Shown: piece by piece, positions 63,182-64,000 of the stretch
Numbering within the stretch: the first letter of the stretch is position 1
How the letters are laid out: the number at the start of each line of letters is the position of its first letter
Made by a program: the position numbers and the translations under genes
The notes under the pieces: generated by a model
Told to the model about the DNA's origin: nothing
What the model saw: the letters and a program-made list of their open reading frames with translations, nothing else
Database searches by the model: none
DNA from: a virus
Taxonomy: Duplodnaviria; Caudoviricetes
Direction: 5' to 3' (one strand)
Virus record (IMG/VR): IMGVR_UViG_3300042539_001740
Length of the DNA: 64,000 nt

Positions 63182-64000
63182 ATGATAGATAAGATTGTCA
63201 AGAAATTAAAACAAGAGATTTTAAAAGAAGCCACTTCAGATTCAAGTGGAGCTCGTGGTTCATTTGTTGTACCATTGAGACCAGGAAAAAGAATATTTGA
63301 TAAATCACAACTTGCACCTTTTAATGAACCCGCATCCAAATATTTTAGTCAGAAATTGGCAACAGATAGTTATGATGGGTCAATGGAGACACCAAAAAAA
63401 GAAATAAAAAAATTAGAATCAATCGCAAAAAAGGTATCAATATATGCAAAAAATAATCCTGTAAGAAATGATGATGATGGTGATGTAATTAATCCATTTC
63501 CAGGTCACAAAATCAAAAGACCATCAAAAAATGAAATTAACCAACCATTCAACAAAACAATTAAAGAGGTAACCTCAGGTTATGGTGGTGAGTACAATGC
63601 ACCCATAGAATTGGGTATGAAAAAATGGAAAAAAGAATCTTTAGCCCCATTTACAGAATTTGTTGATACTGAAGTTAATAACAAAAGTATTAAATCAACT
63701 ACCAAGGATAATATCAAACGTGTAGTTGGAATGTGGGAAAAGGGTAATGACAATACTTACAAGATTGATACCCACAATGTTCACACAATGAATGAATGGA
63801 GTTATGAAGAAGCCCCAATTTTGACTGAAGATTTGGCCGTATGGTTTGGAACAAAGAAAAAACCCAAGGGGTCAAAACAACCTAAAGGACCTTGGGTTAA
63901 CATATGTAGAAAAGTAGATGGTAAACATCCTCCTTGTGGAAGAAGTGAAGCTGATACAAAAGGATATCCCAAATGTAGAGCAGCTGGTGTTGCTGGTAAA
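63182..64000 (+). CDS. Partial virion protein running off the window
   Basis: MIDKIVKKLKQEILKE...LTEDLAVWFG...PWVNICRK...YPKCR; open to the window end. Confidence 0.7.
   Translation, partial: MIDKIVKKLKQEILKEATSDSSGARGSFVVPLRPGKRIFDKSQLAPFNEPASKYFSQKLATDSYDGSMETPKKEIKKLESIAKKVSIYAKNNPVRNDDDGDVINPFPGHKIKRPSKNEINQPFNKTIKEVTSGYGGEYNAPIELGMKKWKKESLAPFTEFVDTEVNNKSIKSTTKDNIKRVVGMWEKGNDNTYKIDTHNVHTMNEWSYEEAPILTEDLAVWFGTKKKPKGSKQPKGPWVNICRKVDGKHPPCGRSEADTKGYPKCRAAGVAGK

Noticed and set aside
1-64000. Stop-codon reassignment or suppressor tRNA
   Set aside because: Core genes are intact in code 11, TAG and TGA end real genes, and no CUA or UCA anticodon tRNA was found.
1-64000. CRISPR array, integrase, transposon
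   Set aside because: No repeat-spacer periodicity or recombinase motifs; tandem repeats are in-frame coding repeats.

Overview
AT-rich segment of a large T4-like (myovirus-type) phage genome. The host is very likely Bacteroidota, based on TAnnTTTG/TTTG promoters, A-rich starts without Shine-Dalgarno, boxA-like GTTCATTGACAT sites and a DnaK ending DVEFEEVK. Standard code 11 fits all genes. The window has four parts. (i) 0.1-17.6 kb: lysis, signalling, stress and virion-cargo genes (GH19 endolysin, GAF-PAS-PAS histidine kinase plus receiver, AsnRS-like catalytic protein, DnaK, GMP reductase, large PG-binding proteins). (ii) 18-37 kb: host-promoter region with a DUF2828/vWA (Ro60-like) gene, 23 canonical tRNAs, 2 aberrant tRNAs, several unexplained structured RNAs and many small ORFs. 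(iii) 37-47 kb: tmRNA, a peptidase, a ClpC lacking its N-domain, a UVR adaptor, KTSC and a nucleotidyltransferase. (iv) 47-64 kb: head module (terminase, portal, bS21, prohead protease, scaffold, major capsid). The most striking unannotated signals form a putative translation-surveillance system. It comprises three leader-peptide/terminator attenuators (one Asn-rich leader before the AsnRS-like gene, two before tRNA clusters), three CAGCAA stem RNAs behind the Ro60-like gene, tRNA-like RNAs, and a non-coding element nearly complementary to the 16S rRNA 3' tail in a bS21-encoding phage. All family calls are from motif recognition by eye; no database searches were run.
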